From a bacterium (GTDB lineage: Bacteria; UBA10199; 2-02-FULL-44-16; JAAZCA01), in assembly GCA_963674695.2 (NCBI GenBank), contig CAXXGI010000003.1, positions 224,001 through 288,000 on the forward strand: a stretch of DNA of 64,000 bases, given 5' to 3'. Within the stretch, counting starts at the first letter, position 1. Each line of letters starts with the position of its first letter. The notes under the pieces are model-generated. The model saw nothing but the letters and a program-made list of their open reading frames with translations, ran no database searches and had not been told where the DNA came from. Shown one piece after another: positions 1-10,247 of the stretch. Made by a program: the position numbers and the translations under genes.

Positions 1-85
1 TGAGTGTCGCCGCGTCTTCCTTGGTGATGCCGTTGTCCGCGCCCACTGCGTCGGCGAGCACATTCGTAAAATCGATTGAAAGCAT
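1..85 (-). CDS. 5' end of probable glucose-6-phosphate isomerase (runs off window)
   Basis: Minus-strand ATG at 85 with AAGGAGA RBS; translates MLSIDFTNVLADAVGADNGITKEDAATL, resembling the N-terminus of short-type Pgi. Only 28 codons visible. Confidence 0.5.
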   Translation of the reverse strand, partial: MLSIDFTNVLADAVGADNGITKEDAATL

Positions 86-105
86 GTTTTTCTCCTTCCG
101 AACGG

Positions 106-243
106 TGTCATTCCCGAATGATGGTATCGGGAATCTCGCTTGTTGCGATGTTACTCACGAGTGCAATCGGGATCCCCCGCCATCAAACCGGCGGGCAGGC
201 CGATAGCACCACTCCCGCCGGAGGCGGGCAGGCGGGGATGACA
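106..243. repeat. GTCAT-tagged REP-like palindrome cluster
   Basis: TGTCATTCCCGA..TCGGGAATCTC at left, GCGGGGATGACA at right; same family recurs at many intergenic sites. Confidence 0.7.
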
Positions 244-246
244 ATC

Positions 247-399
247 TCACGTTTCGGTTTGGGTGATCATCGTGCGCATGACCTCGATGATGTCGAGCAT
301 CGCCATTTTGATGGTGGAGGGATCCTGCATCGGGTGTCCCTTGGCGGTGATCGCCTCTTCAATGCGATCGAGTTTCTCCTGCAGTTCTTTCGGGTTCAT
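247..399 (-). CDS. small hypothetical protein (50 aa)
   Basis: ATG at 399 preceded by AAGGA; MNPKELQEKLDRIEE..., helical; directly downstream of the acyltransferase. Confidence 0.55.
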   Translation of the reverse strand: MNPKELQEKLDRIEEAITAKGHPMQDPSTIKMAMLDIIEVMRTMITQTET

Positions 400-410
400 C
401 GCACGTCCTT

Positions 411-1517
411 TCAGACCCAAATAGAGGGGCGTTCGCGCAGGCCCGCATCGAGCATGCACTGGATGGTGTTGCGGATGCGTTCGGCGTGTCGGTCGACGAG
501 CGCGCGATCTTCGGCATCGGTTTCGGAGAAACCGGAAAAATCGACGGTCTCGCCGAAGGTGATCTGCCATTTGCTGGGCAACGGCACCATTCCCAACGGA
601 CCCAACCAGGGAAAGGTTGGGGTAAAGGGGATGAAGGGAAGCCCTAGCGGTTTGGCGAACGATTGCGATTTCCAGATGATGGGGTGAATCTCTTCGGCGC
701 CGATGATGGAGACGGGGACGATGGGAACGCCCGTGCGCATGGCCAACCGCACAAACCCCCCGTGTCCAAAGCGTTTGAGGCGGTAGCGTTCATCATAGAG
801 TTTGCCGATGCCGCTCACGCCTTCGGGGAAGACGACGATCGAATCGCCCGCTGCGAGCAGTCGGCGTGCATTCTCCTGGCTGGCCGGAACGCCGCCCGTG
901 CGCTGTACGAAGGTGCCGACGAGCGGGAGCGTGAAGACAAAATCATCCACCAAGAAGCGCACGTCGCGATTCGAGGGGTGTTCGTTGTAGAGCGCCAGGT
1001 GCACCATCGTGCCGTCGTAGGGGAGCGCGCCCGAGTGATTGGCCACGAAGATCACAGGACCTTTTTTCGGGACGTGTCGCATGCCGCTCGTCTCGACACG
1101 GAAGTATTCGAAATAGAGGAACTGAAAGAAGGGGCGGATGAAATCGAGAAAAGCGGGGCTCATCCCAAACGGGTCGCTGTCGGTCGGCTCCGACCAGCAG
1201 CGCTGATGAAATTCGGAGAGGGGCTTTGAGGCCTTTGCGACCAATTGCTCCCAGCCGCCATCGCTGGCGCGGATGAAATGATGCATGAGCCGGGTGACGG
1301 TGGGCGAGTGCTCGATGGCGCCGATGATCTGTTCGAAGAGGGTTGCGTGTGCCGAGCGACGCGGTGCGGATTTCTTTCCCCCCGACTTCTTTGGATTTGG
1401 TTTCTTTGAAGATGGGGCGGCGGCGCGTCGAGGACGCGCGCGACTGTTCTTCGAAGGCGCTTTGCGATGCGTTGGTTTTTTGGGGGCGCTTGTGGCGCGT
1501 TTGGCCCTCGGACTCAT
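411..1517 (-). CDS. PlsC-family (lyso)phospholipid acyltransferase with basic N-terminal extension
   Basis: NHSGALPYDG (NHxxxxD) and FPEG motifs; start at 1517 overlaps the upstream stop (ATGA). Confidence 0.85.
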   Translation of the reverse strand: MSPRAKRATSAPKKPTHRKAPSKNSRARPRRAAAPSSKKPNPKKSGGKKSAPRRSAHATLFEQIIGAIEHSPTVTRLMHHFIRASDGGWEQLVAKASKPLSEFHQRCWSEPTDSDPFGMSPAFLDFIRPFFQFLYFEYFRVETSGMRHVPKKGPVIFVANHSGALPYDGTMVHLALYNEHPSNRDVRFLVDDFVFTLPLVGTFVQRTGGVPASQENARRLLAAGDSIVVFPEGVSGIGKLYDERYRLKRFGHGGFVRLAMRTGVPIVPVSIIGAEEIHPIIWKSQSFAKPLGLPFIPFTPTFPWLGPLGMVPLPSKWQITFGETVDFSGFSETDAEDRALVDRHAERIRNTIQCMLDAGLRERPSIWV

Positions 1518-1957
1518 GAACGGCTCCATCGGGCCTTGTGGTAGACATACCAGGTGATCAACAGGATCAGTCCATCGACGGTGACGCCCACGAGGGCGAA
1601 GAAATGACGTGCGCCGAAGATCAGGCAGAGCGCAAACCCGACGGTCGTGACGAACTTGGACAGGATCACGGGGCGGGCGTAGCCGATGTTGCGATCCGGC
1701 TGGTGCTGCGCAATGGCACAGAGATATCCGATGACGGCGAGCATCGACACGGCCAGCACCTGCCAGAAGTGTTCGGCCATCTCCGGAAGCGGAGGCGAAT
1801 GCCAGCCGAAGATCCCGCGGCCGATGTCGTCCAGGTAGACCAAGAGCGTGTGGGGAAGCGCGGCGAAGAGGATTGCCGCTCCGAGAAAGAGGACGATCCA
1901 GACGCGCATGACGCCGATGAAGGTGCGCTCGTGTTTGGTGTAGGCGGAGAACTTCAT
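1514..1957 (-). CDS. hypothetical membrane protein (~4 TM)
   Basis: Four hydrophobic segments; translationally coupled to the acyltransferase; start uncertain (1957 vs 2002). Confidence 0.7.
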   Translation of the reverse strand: MKFSAYTKHERTFIGVMRVWIVLFLGAAILFAALPHTLLVYLDDIGRGIFGWHSPPLPEMAEHFWQVLAVSMLAVIGYLCAIAQHQPDRNIGYARPVILSKFVTTVGFALCLIFGARHFFALVGVTVDGLILLITWYVYHKARWSRS

Positions 1958-2024
1958 GATCGCTGGATGCTCGCAAAAATGAGGGGCGGAGTCAATTCCC
2001 ATCTGTGCGATATTGAAGGTGAAA

Positions 2025-3395
2025 TTACTTCCGAATCTCCTTCGATATTCGCATGGCGCAGAATTTCGGGCCGCACATGGAACAGACCCGGGACTCGGGA
2101 TTCGGGTTCTTGGCTTGGCAAGAAGTCGTTTCGCCCTTCACCCCTCGCCCTTCGCCCTTCGGAACGCGGGCTTCCTGCCAGTATTCCTGGGCGCGGTCGG
2201 GGTCGAGCACCAGCTCGAACTGGCGTTCCCAGTCGAAGGCAAAGCGGGCCCGGGAGAGTTCGTCGTCCCGGTCGCGTGCGCCCGGACGGCCTCGGGCGAT
2301 GTCGGCCGCATGCGCGGCGATCTTGTGGGCGATGACCCCTGCACGCACATCCTCGGCATCCGGCAGGCTCAAGTGTTCCTTCGGCGTCACATAACAGAGC
2401 ATGGCGGCCCCCGAGAAGGCGGCCATGGTGCCGCCGATGGCGCTCACGATGTGGTCGTAGCCGGCGCCGATGTCGGTGACCAGCGGCCCGAGCACGTAGA
2501 AGGGGGCGCCGTCGCAGAGCTCGATCTGTTTCTGCATGTTCATGGCGATCTGGTCGAACGGGATGTGCCCCGGGCCTTCGACCATCACCTGCACGTCGGC
2601 CGCGCGCGCGCGCTCGACGAGTTCTCCCAAAACGGCCAGTTCCGCAAACTGCGCTTCATCGGAGGCGTCGGCCAGGGAGCCGGGCCGCAGCCCGTCGCCC
2701 AGGCTGAGCGCCATGTCGTATTGCCGGCAGATCTCGAGCAGACGATCGAAGTGCTCGTAGAGCGGGTTTTCCTTATCGTTGACCTCCATCCATCGCGCGG
2801 TGAGCGCGCCGCCCCGGCTGACGATCCCCGTGGTGCGCGTGACGGCCATCGGCACATGCCGGCGCAGGAGGCCGCAGTGCACCGTGACGAAGTCGACCCC
2901 CTGCTGGGCGTGTCGCTCGATGACCTCGAAGAACGCATCCACGGTGAGTTCCTCGATCTGGTCGACTGTTTCGGCGGCTTCATACATCGGCACGGTGCCG
3001 ACGGGTACCGGGCACTGATCGACGATCGCACGCCGAATGCCGTCGATGTCCGTTCCCGTGGAGAGATCCATGATCGCATCGGCGCCATACTTCACCGCAA
3101 TATCGAGCTTGGTCAGCTCTCCAGGACGATCGGAAGTGATGGCGGAATTGCCGATGTTGGCATTGATCTTACAGGAGAGGTTCGCTCCGATGCCGACCGG
3201 TTTGAGATGAGGATGGTTGATGTTGGCCGGGATGATAACGCGACCCGCTGCAATCTCCGCGCAGATGTATTCGGGATCGAGCTTCTCGCACTCGGCCACG
3301 TATCGCATCTCTTCCGTGACGATGCCGCGCTTGGCATAGTGCAGCTGCGTCTTGATCGGGTCATCTTTTCTCGCTTCGATCCACTCATGTCTCAT
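2025..3395 (-). CDS. thiC: phosphomethylpyrimidine synthase ThiC
   Basis: [31 protein letters not shown]-terminal CSMCGPKFC Fe-S motif; ATG 3395 with GAGAGG RBS. Confidence 0.97.
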   Translation of the reverse strand: MRHEWIEARKDDPIKTQLHYAKRGIVTEEMRYVAECEKLDPEYICAEIAAGRVIIPANINHPHLKPVGIGANLSCKINANIGNSAITSDRPGELTKLDIAVKYGADAIMDLSTGTDIDGIRRAIVDQCPVPVGTVPMYEAAETVDQIEELTVDAFFEVIERHAQQGVDFVTVHCGLLRRHVPMAVTRTTGIVSRGGALTARWMEVNDKENPLYEHFDRLLEICRQYDMALSLGDGLRPGSLADASDEAQFAELAVLGELVERARAADVQVMVEGPGHIPFDQIAMNMQKQIELCDGAPFYVLGPLVTDIGAGYDHIVSAIGGTMAAFSGAAMLCYVTPKEHLSLPDAEDVRAGVIAHKIAAHAADIARGRPGARDRDDELSRARFAFDWERQFELVLDPDRAQEYWQEARVPKGEGRGVKGETTSCQAKNPNPESRVCSMCGPKFCAMRISKEIRK

Positions 3396-3415
3396 GTATG
3401 CGCCTCTCTGTGGTG

Positions 3416-3518
3416 TTACCGTTGCCGTTGTTGTTGTTATTGTTGTTGTCGTTGTTGTTGCCGTTTCGCCCCTCACCCTTCGCCCTTCACCCCTCGTCCT
3501 TCACCCCTCGCCCTTCGT
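3416..3518. repeat. (GTT)n microsatellite followed by CCCTTCG/CCCCTCA heptamer array
   Basis: Directly visible between the thiH stop and thiC start. Confidence 0.8.
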
Positions 3519-4624
3519 CAAGCGAGGTGTCGATCCCAATCCTTCCAAACCGGATCGTATCCTTTTTCCCGTAACATGCGCGCCACCGCATCGGGCGATC
3601 GCTCGTCGGCGATATGAAACTGTTCCTGGTCCGCCGAAGGCGCGACCGACTGCGTATAGCCGCCGGGGGCCGTGGCCGATCCGGCGCTCATCTGCGTGAC
3701 GCCCAGCGGGAGCAGCCGATCCCGAAGGGAGGCGGGTTCACGCGTGGAGAGAACGATGCCGCAGTCGGGAAGAGATAAACGCAGCGCGCAGATCATGTGC
3801 GCCAGATCCCGGTCGGAGGTGGGGCTGGGCATCTGAAAATCAGAGGCACAGTCTCGGATGCGCGGCACGCTCACGGTGATGTGCGCTTGCCAATAGCGTT
3901 TCATGAGGGCGCGCGCATGTGCGATGAGTTGGAGCGCCTCCGTGCGCCAGTCGGAGAGCCCGAGCAGCGCGCCCAGTCCGAGGAAGCGCATGCCCGCCGC
4001 ACCCGCCGCATCGATGGCGTTCATGCGGGAGGCGAAGATGCTTTTGGGCCCCGTCGGATGCATCAGGGTATAGGTCTGCTCGTCGTAGGTCTCCTGATAG
4101 AGCGTGACGCCATCGACGCCGGCTTGGGCCAATCGCCGATATCCCGTCTCGTCGAAGGGCTGCACTTCGATCGCGAGTCCCGCCGCCTTCGGACGAATCG
4201 CGCGCGCGATCGCTTCGAGCAGGTCCAGGGGGACGGCCTTTGGATCCTCGCCCGCAACGAGCAGGAGGTGACGGTGGCCTTGTGCCAAGAGCGCTTCCGC
4301 CTCGGCGATGACCACATCCGTCGAGAGCGTCGTGCGAGGGGTTGCATTGCACCGGTTGAACCCACAGTAGCGGCAGCCGTTCACGCAGCTGTTCGAGATA
4401 TAGATCGGGGCATAGAGTTTGATCGTCCGACCGAAACGCTTGCGCGTCAGCGCATGCGCGGCCTGCGCCATCGCTTCGAGGTGTGCGTCGGCGTCGTTCG
4501 AGAGCAGCGCAGCGACCTCTGCGAGCGAGAGGTTTTCATCGCCCAAACGCGAAGCGACGCGCGACCAGGGAAGGGGCTTGGTCGATTCAATTGTATCCAA
4601 GAATGTCATGGTGCATGCATTCAT
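3518..4624 (-). CDS. thiH: 2-iminoacetate synthase ThiH (radical SAM)
   Basis: YAPIYISNSCVNGCRYCGF (CxxxCxxC), YQETY, STRE, SAGS and PVWKDWD motifs; start uncertain (4609-4654). Confidence 0.93.
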   Translation of the reverse strand: MNACTMTFLDTIESTKPLPWSRVASRLGDENLSLAEVAALLSNDADAHLEAMAQAAHALTRKRFGRTIKLYAPIYISNSCVNGCRYCGFNRCNATPRTTLSTDVVIAEAEALLAQGHRHLLLVAGEDPKAVPLDLLEAIARAIRPKAAGLAIEVQPFDETGYRRLAQAGVDGVTLYQETYDEQTYTLMHPTGPKSIFASRMNAIDAAGAAGMRFLGLGALLGLSDWRTEALQLIAHARALMKRYWQAHITVSVPRIRDCASDFQMPSPTSDRDLAHMICALRLSLPDCGIVLSTREPASLRDRLLPLGVTQMSAGSATAPGGYTQSVAPSADQEQFHIADERSPDAVARMLREKGYDPVWKDWDRHLA

Positions 4625-4643
4625 ATTGTCTTCATATTTCGAG

Positions 4644-5441
4644 TTACGAGTCACGAGTCACGGCCGTCGTCTCTTCGTTCAAGAAGCCGGTGAGCGGGCT
4701 CGAGGCGCTGGCCCTGTCGTTCGCCGGGGCGAATCCCGCTTCAAACGCGATGCGCCCCGCAGAAACACCCTGTGCAAACGCCGCTGCCATCGCGATGGGA
4801 TCCTCGGCGATGGCGATGGCGGTGTTGACCAGCACCGCGTCCGCGCCCATTTCCATGGCCTCGGCCGCATGCGAAGGGACGCCCAGCCCCGCGTCGACGA
4901 CCACCGGGATGGAGGCGCCCTCTATGATGATACGGATCGCGTCGCGCGTGGTGACCCCCCGGTTGGTCCCGATGGGGCTGCCCATGGGCATCACCGTGGC
5001 GCAGCCGACGTCTTCGAGCCGTCGGGCCAGAACCGGATCGGCGCCCATGTAGGGCAGGACCGTGAACCCCTCTTTCACCAATGTCTCCGATGCAGCGAGT
5101 GTGCCGACCGGGTCGGGCAGGAGGTGGCGCGGCTCTGGCACGACTTCGATTTTGATCCAGTCACCCAGCCCCGCCTCCCGCGCGAGGCGTGCGAGCATCA
5201 CGGCTTCATCGGCGCTGCGTGCGCCCGAGGTGTTCGGCAGGAGCTGATACTTTTCGCGATCGATGAAGGCGAGGATGTCCTCGGCAGGCTTGGTCAGATC
5301 CACGCGTCTGAGCGCCATCGTTACAATCTCGGTCTGCGACGCTGCGAGTGCATCGCGCATTGTATCGAGCGATGCAAACTTCCCCGTCCCAACCATGAGT
5401 CGCGACGAAAATGTTTTTCCAGCAATGGTCAGTTTCGACAT
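4644..5441 (-). CDS. thiG: thiazole synthase ThiG
   Basis: [38 protein letters not shown]. Confidence 0.97.
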   Translation of the reverse strand: MSKLTIAGKTFSSRLMVGTGKFASLDTMRDALAASQTEIVTMALRRVDLTKPAEDILAFIDREKYQLLPNTSGARSADEAVMLARLAREAGLGDWIKIEVVPEPRHLLPDPVGTLAASETLVKEGFTVLPYMGADPVLARRLEDVGCATVMPMGSPIGTNRGVTTRDAIRIIIEGASIPVVVDAGLGVPSHAAEAMEMGADAVLVNTAIAIAEDPIAMAAAFAQGVSAGRIAFEAGFAPANDRASASSPLTGFLNEETTAVTRDS

Positions 5442-5531
5442 ATTTTGATTCCTTCGCTTTTTGAGCTGTTGCGCCCTTCGTATTGTCTTTCGATTTTGCG
5501 CCCTTCACCTCTCATCCTTCGCCCTTCGTCC

Positions 5532-5732
5532 TTACCCCCCTCCAATAGCCCTCATGACCTCCACGCGATCGCCATCGGTGATCGCGTGATCCGCATGCTG
5601 CTGGCGCGGCACGATCTTCTCGTTCACCGCCACCGCCGTCCCTTCATGCGGAACGTCGAGTTGGGTCAGGAGTGCAAGGACCGTGATCGCATCCTCGATT
5701 TCATACGATGTGCCGTTGAGGGTGATGTTCAT
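5532..5732 (-). CDS. thiS: sulfur carrier protein ThiS
   Basis: 66 aa, AVAVNEKIVPR, C-terminal GG. Confidence 0.95.
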   Translation of the reverse strand: MNITLNGTSYEIEDAITVLALLTQLDVPHEGTAVAVNEKIVPRQQHADHAITDGDRVEVMRAIGGG

Positions 5733-5744
5733 AAGCCTCGTGGT

Positions 5745-5916
5745 TTCGTGAGATGGTGAGATCGTGAGATAGCTAAATCGCTAAATCGCTAGATAGCTAG
5801 ATAGCTAAGAACAACAACCTGAGCTATCTTCTTGCTCTTTAGCGATCGAGCCATCAAACGATTCAGCCATCTCACGATCTCGCTATCTCACCATCCAGCC
5901 ATCTCGCCATCTCACC
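5745..5916. repeat. inverted octamer arrays (GAGATGGT/GCTAGATA ... ATCTCACC)
   Basis: Tandem 8-mers on the left are the reverse complement of those on the right; same family at 9190-9250 and 10046-10240. Confidence 0.75.
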
Positions 5917-5918
5917 AA

Positions 5919-5946
5919 ATAAAAAACGCACCCTTCGGGGTGCGCC
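5919..5946 (-). terminator. intrinsic terminator of the TPP riboswitch expression platform
   Basis: Minus strand GGCGCACCCCGAAGGGTGCG followed by TTTTTTA. Confidence 0.8.
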
Positions 5947-5967
5947 ATGGGCCCGTCTTGTGCAGCG

Positions 5968-6058
5968 TCGTCTCCCTTCGCCGGCATTACCCGGATCAGG
6001 TTCAAGGGTTGCTCCGAAATGGTTTCAGAGCTCTCAGCGTGGCGCACCCCTGTCGACG
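5968..6058 (-). ncRNA. TPP riboswitch aptamer
   Basis: Minus strand GGGGTGC..GCTGAGAG..ACCCTTGAACCTGATCCGGGTAATGCCGGCGAAGGGA, upstream of thiS. Confidence 0.95.
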
Positions 6059-6105
6059 AAGCTCTCCTACAGGGCAGGGGCAGTGCTGTCAAATGGATGT
6101 TGGGA

Positions 6106-6924
6106 TCACACAAACAACAACAGGCTCACGGCCATGACGGCCATACCGGCGATGAGGCCGGCGATGGCGTGGTGGTGTTTGCCGTATTCGCGTGCGGCGG
6201 GCAGGAGTTCGTCGAACGAGATGTAGACCATGATGCCCGCGACACCGGCGAAGATGACGCCGAAGAACACCGGCGTGATGAAGGGGCGCAGGATCACATA
6301 CCCCAGCAGCGCGCCAACCGGTTCGGCCAGCCCCGAGAGGAAGGAATAGGTGAAGGCCTTGGTGCGGCTGCCGGTGGCGTAGTAGATCGGCACCGAGACG
6401 GAGATGCCCTCGGGGATGTTGTGGATGGCAATCGCCACGGCGATCGCGAGCCCCAGCGCGGGGTCGGAGAGCGCCGCGATGAAGGTCGCTAGCCCCTCGG
6501 GAAAGTTATGGATGCCGATGGCCAGCGCGACGAACAGTCCCGTGCGATGGAGTTTGCGAAAATCATCTTTGGCCGAAACATCGGTCATCGCTTCCGGTGT
6601 GTGTACCTCGTGCGGGTTCTCCTCAGATGGAATGAGTTTGTCGATCAGCGCGATGAGTGCAATGCCCCCGAAGAAGGCGACGACCGTCCAGAGGTATCCC
6701 GCGCGAGGGCCGAGTTCGCCGACGAGGCTCGCCTTGGCCTTGAAGAATATCTCGATCATCGAGACGTAGATCATCACGCCCGCGGAGAATCCGAGTGCGA
6801 CGGAGAGAAAGGTCTTGTTCGTGCCGCGTCCAAAGAAGGCGATGATGGAACCGATGCCGGTGGCCAGCCCGGCGAAGAGGGTAAGCCCGAAGGCGAACAG
6901 GACGCTGTGGGTGGAAAAATCCAT
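6106..6924 (-). CDS. zupT: ZIP family zinc transporter ZupT
   Basis: [45 protein letters not shown]. Confidence 0.93.
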   Translation of the reverse strand: MDFSTHSVLFAFGLTLFAGLATGIGSIIAFFGRGTNKTFLSVALGFSAGVMIYVSMIEIFFKAKASLVGELGPRAGYLWTVVAFFGGIALIALIDKLIPSEENPHEVHTPEAMTDVSAKDDFRKLHRTGLFVALAIGIHNFPEGLATFIAALSDPALGLAIAVAIAIHNIPEGISVSVPIYYATGSRTKAFTYSFLSGLAEPVGALLGYVILRPFITPVFFGVIFAGVAGIMVYISFDELLPAAREYGKHHHAIAGLIAGMAVMAVSLLLFV

Positions 6925-6978
6925 AAAGGCCGTTACTCGTTACTCGTGTCACGTCAGATTTATGGATAGTGTTGTTTA

Positions 6979-7084
6979 TGTCATCCCGACCAAGCGAGCA
7001 ACACGAGCGCGTGGAGGGATCTCATGAGATTCCTCGACTTCCGAGCACTCAACGCCTTGAGTGCTCTATCGCTCGGAATGACAT
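6979..7084. repeat. REP-like doublet nested in inverted GTTACTC/GAGTTAC heptamer arms
   Basis: TGTCATCCCGA...TCGGAATGACA, flanked by CGTTACTCGTTACTCG (6930) and CGAGTCACGAGTTACGAGTTACG (7130). Confidence 0.7.
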
Positions 7085-7133
7085 GCTACGACGATGTCCG
7101 CGGCATATGGTAACTCGCCTCTCGTATTACGAG

Positions 7134-7913
7134 TCACGAGTTACGAGTTACGTCGTAACTCTCCCCCGGCTTCAACAGATGAATGCGTGCGCCCAGTTCC
7201 GGGCGTTCTTCCACAATCTTTGCGATCCATTTCGCCGGTGCGTCGGGCGTCTCCAGCGAGAGACGGAAGGTGCCGTGATGAATGGGGACCATCTGTTGCG
7301 CTTTCAAATCTTCGAAGGCCTGCACGGCCTCGGCCGGCGTCATGTGGCTCGACTGCATCAGCCAGCGCGGTTCATATCCACCGATGGGTAGCAGCGCCAG
7401 ATCGATCGCCTCGAGATTTCCCGCCTGACCGAATTCAGGGCCATAGGCGGAATCGCCGCAGAAGAAGACCGTGCCCGTTTTTCCCGGTTTTCGAATGAGG
7501 TAGGCGCTGGCATTGGTGGTAAACGGACGGATCGGAATGAGGGAGCGGTGCGCGACCGGCAGCGCCGTGATCTCGGTGCCGTCGGTGAGTTCGTGCACGG
7601 CAAAGGGCGCCAGTTCGATCACGGGGTTGGTGATGTTGCGTCCCACCTTGCGCCATTGCCCCTCGGGGACGATCAGCGGGACGTTACAGTCGATAAATTT
7701 ATAGCTCGAGACGTGAAAGTGATCTCGGTGCGTGTGGCTGATGAGGATCGCCGACGGCTGCGGGAGTTCCTGCTGTTTGAGGGGCAGCTCCTGCAGGCGC
7801 GGCGAAAAAAGGACCCGTCCCCCGAAATGCGGGTCGGTCAGGATCGTCGTTTCGCCCATGCGCAGCAGGGTCGTGGAATGTCCGATGTAAGTGCAGGTAA
7901 TTGTTTCATTCAT
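7134..7913 (-). CDS. MBL-fold metallohydrolase (UlaG/NAPE-PLD-like)
   Basis: YIGHST, ILTDP, SHTHRDHF, GDSAY, LPIGGYEP, PIHHGTF; AGGAG RBS. Confidence 0.88.
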   Translation of the reverse strand: MNETITCTYIGHSTTLLRMGETTILTDPHFGGRVLFSPRLQELPLKQQELPQPSAILISHTHRDHFHVSSYKFIDCNVPLIVPEGQWRKVGRNITNPVIELAPFAVHELTDGTEITALPVAHRSLIPIRPFTTNASAYLIRKPGKTGTVFFCGDSAYGPEFGQAGNLEAIDLALLPIGGYEPRWLMQSSHMTPAEAVQAFEDLKAQQMVPIHHGTFRLSLETPDAPAKWIAKIVEERPELGARIHLLKPGESYDVTRNS

Positions 7914-8038
7914 AGGGTTTGCTCTCCTAACGGTCTTGGCCGAGAAGTGCAATACCTTTGACATCGATGGAGGGGCTTTGCTAAAAGCCCGCATCTCATA
8001 ATGGCTTGAAACAATTGGGAAATTCTTCTGTGGGACCC

Positions 8039-9190
8039 ATGATCGATCATGAATCCTATCGCCCCACGCGGGCGGGTGTTGACCTCGATGCCCTGGTGCA
8101 CAACCTGCATGCGGTACGCGCGCAGCTTCCGAAAGAGGCCGGCGTTATGGCCATGGTCAAGGCCGATGCCTATGGCCATGGGGCGGTTCCGGTGGCACGC
8201 GTCCTGCGGGATGCGGACGTACAGGCCTTCGGCGTGGCCACCGTTGAAGAGGGCGTCGAGTTGCGCAAGGCCGATATTTCGCTGCCCATCGTCATCATGG
8301 GGGGGCTCATGGGTGCGGGCGCGCCTGCTGCCGAGCGGATGATCGAGGCGGATTTGACCCCGGTTCTGCACTCGGCTGGAGGCCTGGCCACCGTCGAGGC
8401 CGCGGCGAAAAAGGCGGATCGCACCGTTTCGGTTCACCTCAAGATCGACACCGGGATGAGCCGTCTCGGTCTTCGTCCCGAGGCGTTGCCGTCATTTCTG
8501 GACGCGCTTGCGCATGCATCGCACATCGAGATCGAAGGGGTGATGACGCACCTGGCCGATGCCGGCGAGGAAAAGGTCTGCGTCGAACAGCTCGAGTCGT
8601 TTGCCGCCGCGCGCGCCTTCATCGAAGAGGCGCTGGGCCCCGTGCGCATCTGGCATGCGGCCAACAGCACGGCCGTCTTTCACCAGAGTGCCGTCGCCTT
8701 CGCGGGCGCGGCGGAGATTTGGGTCCGACCGGGCCTGGCGCTCTATGGCGACAACACCGGTTTTCACGAATGTGCAGAGCTCAAGCCCGTGCTCTCGCTC
8801 GTGAGTACCGTGGCGCTGCTCAAACGCGTGCCCGAGGGGACGCATGTGAGCTATGCGGGCACCTTCACCACCGCGCGCGCCAGTCGTCTGGCGGTCGTGC
8901 CGATCGGTTATGCCGATGGCTATCCCTGGTCGGCATCGGGGCGCGCGCAGGTCCTCGTGCGGGGAAAACGCCTGCCGGTGGTCGGCCGCGTGACGATGGA
9001 CATGATCGTCGTCGATGTGACCGACCTGCCCGAGGTGCATGTCGGCGATGAGGTGGTGCTCTTGGGTGAGCAGGGTGATGATGCGATCGTGCTTTCCGAG
9101 CTTGCCGATTGGGCCGGGACGATCACCTACGAGATCCTCACGCGCATCTCAAAACGAATGCCACGCGTATATGCTGGTGCTCTTGAATGA
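8039..9190 (+). CDS. alr: alanine racemase
   Basis: MVKADAYGHG, HLKIDTGMSRLG, PIGYADG, GRVTMD. Confidence 0.96.
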   Translation: MIDHESYRPTRAGVDLDALVHNLHAVRAQLPKEAGVMAMVKADAYGHGAVPVARVLRDADVQAFGVATVEEGVELRKADISLPIVIMGGLMGAGAPAAERMIEADLTPVLHSAGGLATVEAAAKKADRTVSVHLKIDTGMSRLGLRPEALPSFLDALAHASHIEIEGVMTHLADAGEEKVCVEQLESFAAARAFIEEALGPVRIWHAANSTAVFHQSAVAFAGAAEIWVRPGLALYGDNTGFHECAELKPVLSLVSTVALLKRVPEGTHVSYAGTFTTARASRLAVVPIGYADGYPWSASGRAQVLVRGKRLPVVGRVTMDMIVVDVTDLPEVHVGDEVVLLGEQGDDAIVLSELADWAGTITYEILTRISKRMPRVYAGALE

Positions 9191-9256
9191 TCTTACGATC
9201 TTGCGATGAAGCCATCTCACGATTAGGCCATCTCACGATCTCGCGATTTTAGGAAT

Positions 9257-10063
9257 ATGGAACAAATCCTCAACATCGTAACCCCAACGCTTGAGCGCTT
9301 CGGTGCGCGTGTCATCGGGTTGGGGGGAATTTTCGGGCGGTGGCTCGTCTTCATGCGCGAGACGCTGCTCTGGACGGCGCGCCCGCCGTTTCGCCTCGAT
9401 CAGTTTATGCGCCAGATGGAGTTTGTCGGCGTCAAATCCACCGGGATCGTCGCGCTTACGGCCTTCTTCACGGGGGCCGTCTTCGCGCTGCAGTCGGGCA
9501 AGGTCTATGCGCTCTTCAACATGGAGAGCATGGTCGGCGCCACCGTCGGCATGTCGCTTACGCGCGAGATGGCCCCGGTCTTTGCCGCGCTCATGGTGAC
9601 CGCGCGCGCCTGCTCGGCCATGGCCGCCGAGCTGGGAACGATGCGGGTGACCGAGCAGATCGATGCGCTCGAGACCATGGCGGTCAGTCCCATTCAATAT
9701 CTCGTCGTGCCGCGCGTGGTCGCGTGCACCCTCATGGTGCCGCTGCTGACGATGCTTTACAATTTCATCGGCGTCATCGGCTCCTACATCGTCGGCATCT
9801 ATCTGCTGGGCATCAAAGAGGGGCCGTTCATGAACCGGCTCTATCAGTATGTGGATGCCGACGATATCTGGGGCGGGCTGATCAAGGCGGGCATCTTCGG
9901 ATTTCTGATCGCCGGGATCAGTTGCTATATGGGGTTTACCACGCGTGGCGGCGCACAGGGGGTTGGGCGTTCGACCACGCGCGCCGTGGTGATCTCAGCG
10001 GTGACGATCCTGGTCGTGGACTACTTCGCCACGACCTGGATCTTGGAGTTTTTGTCGCAATGA
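9257..10063 (+). CDS. mlaE: MlaE-family ABC transporter permease
   Basis: AELGTMRVTEQIDALETM, GGAQGVGRSTTRAVV. Confidence 0.93.
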   Translation: MEQILNIVTPTLERFGARVIGLGGIFGRWLVFMRETLLWTARPPFRLDQFMRQMEFVGVKSTGIVALTAFFTGAVFALQSGKVYALFNMESMVGATVGMSLTREMAPVFAALMVTARACSAMAAELGTMRVTEQIDALETMAVSPIQYLVVPRVVACTLMVPLLTMLYNFIGVIGSYIVGIYLLGIKEGPFMNRLYQYVDADDIWGGLIKAGIFGFLIAGISCYMGFTTRGGAQGVGRSTTRAVVISAVTILVVDYFATTWILEFLSQ

Positions 10064-10240
10064 GCTCGTGAGATGGCTGGATGGTGAGATCGTGAGATAG
10101 CTCAATGGTGAGATGGTGAGATGGCTAAATGGTGAGATAGCTTAATCGCTTGTTGGCTCCGATCGTGCCTTTAGCGATCTCACCATCTCGCGATCTTACG
10201 ATTGAGCTATTTCACTATTGAGCCATCTCACGATCTTACA
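10046..10240. repeat. inverted octamer arrays
   Basis: GAGATGGT-type 8-mers followed by ATCTCACC/ATCTTACG-type 8-mers between mlaE and mlaF. Confidence 0.8.
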
Positions 10241-10247
10241 AAAAATT

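Noticed and set aside
3396-3476. Poly-Thr N-terminal extension of ThiC
   Set aside because: It is the translated (GTT)n microsatellite; the RBS supports ATG 3395.
2013-5759. Long plus-strand ORFs over the thi operon
   Set aside because: Antisense shadows of well-supported thiC, thiH and thiG.
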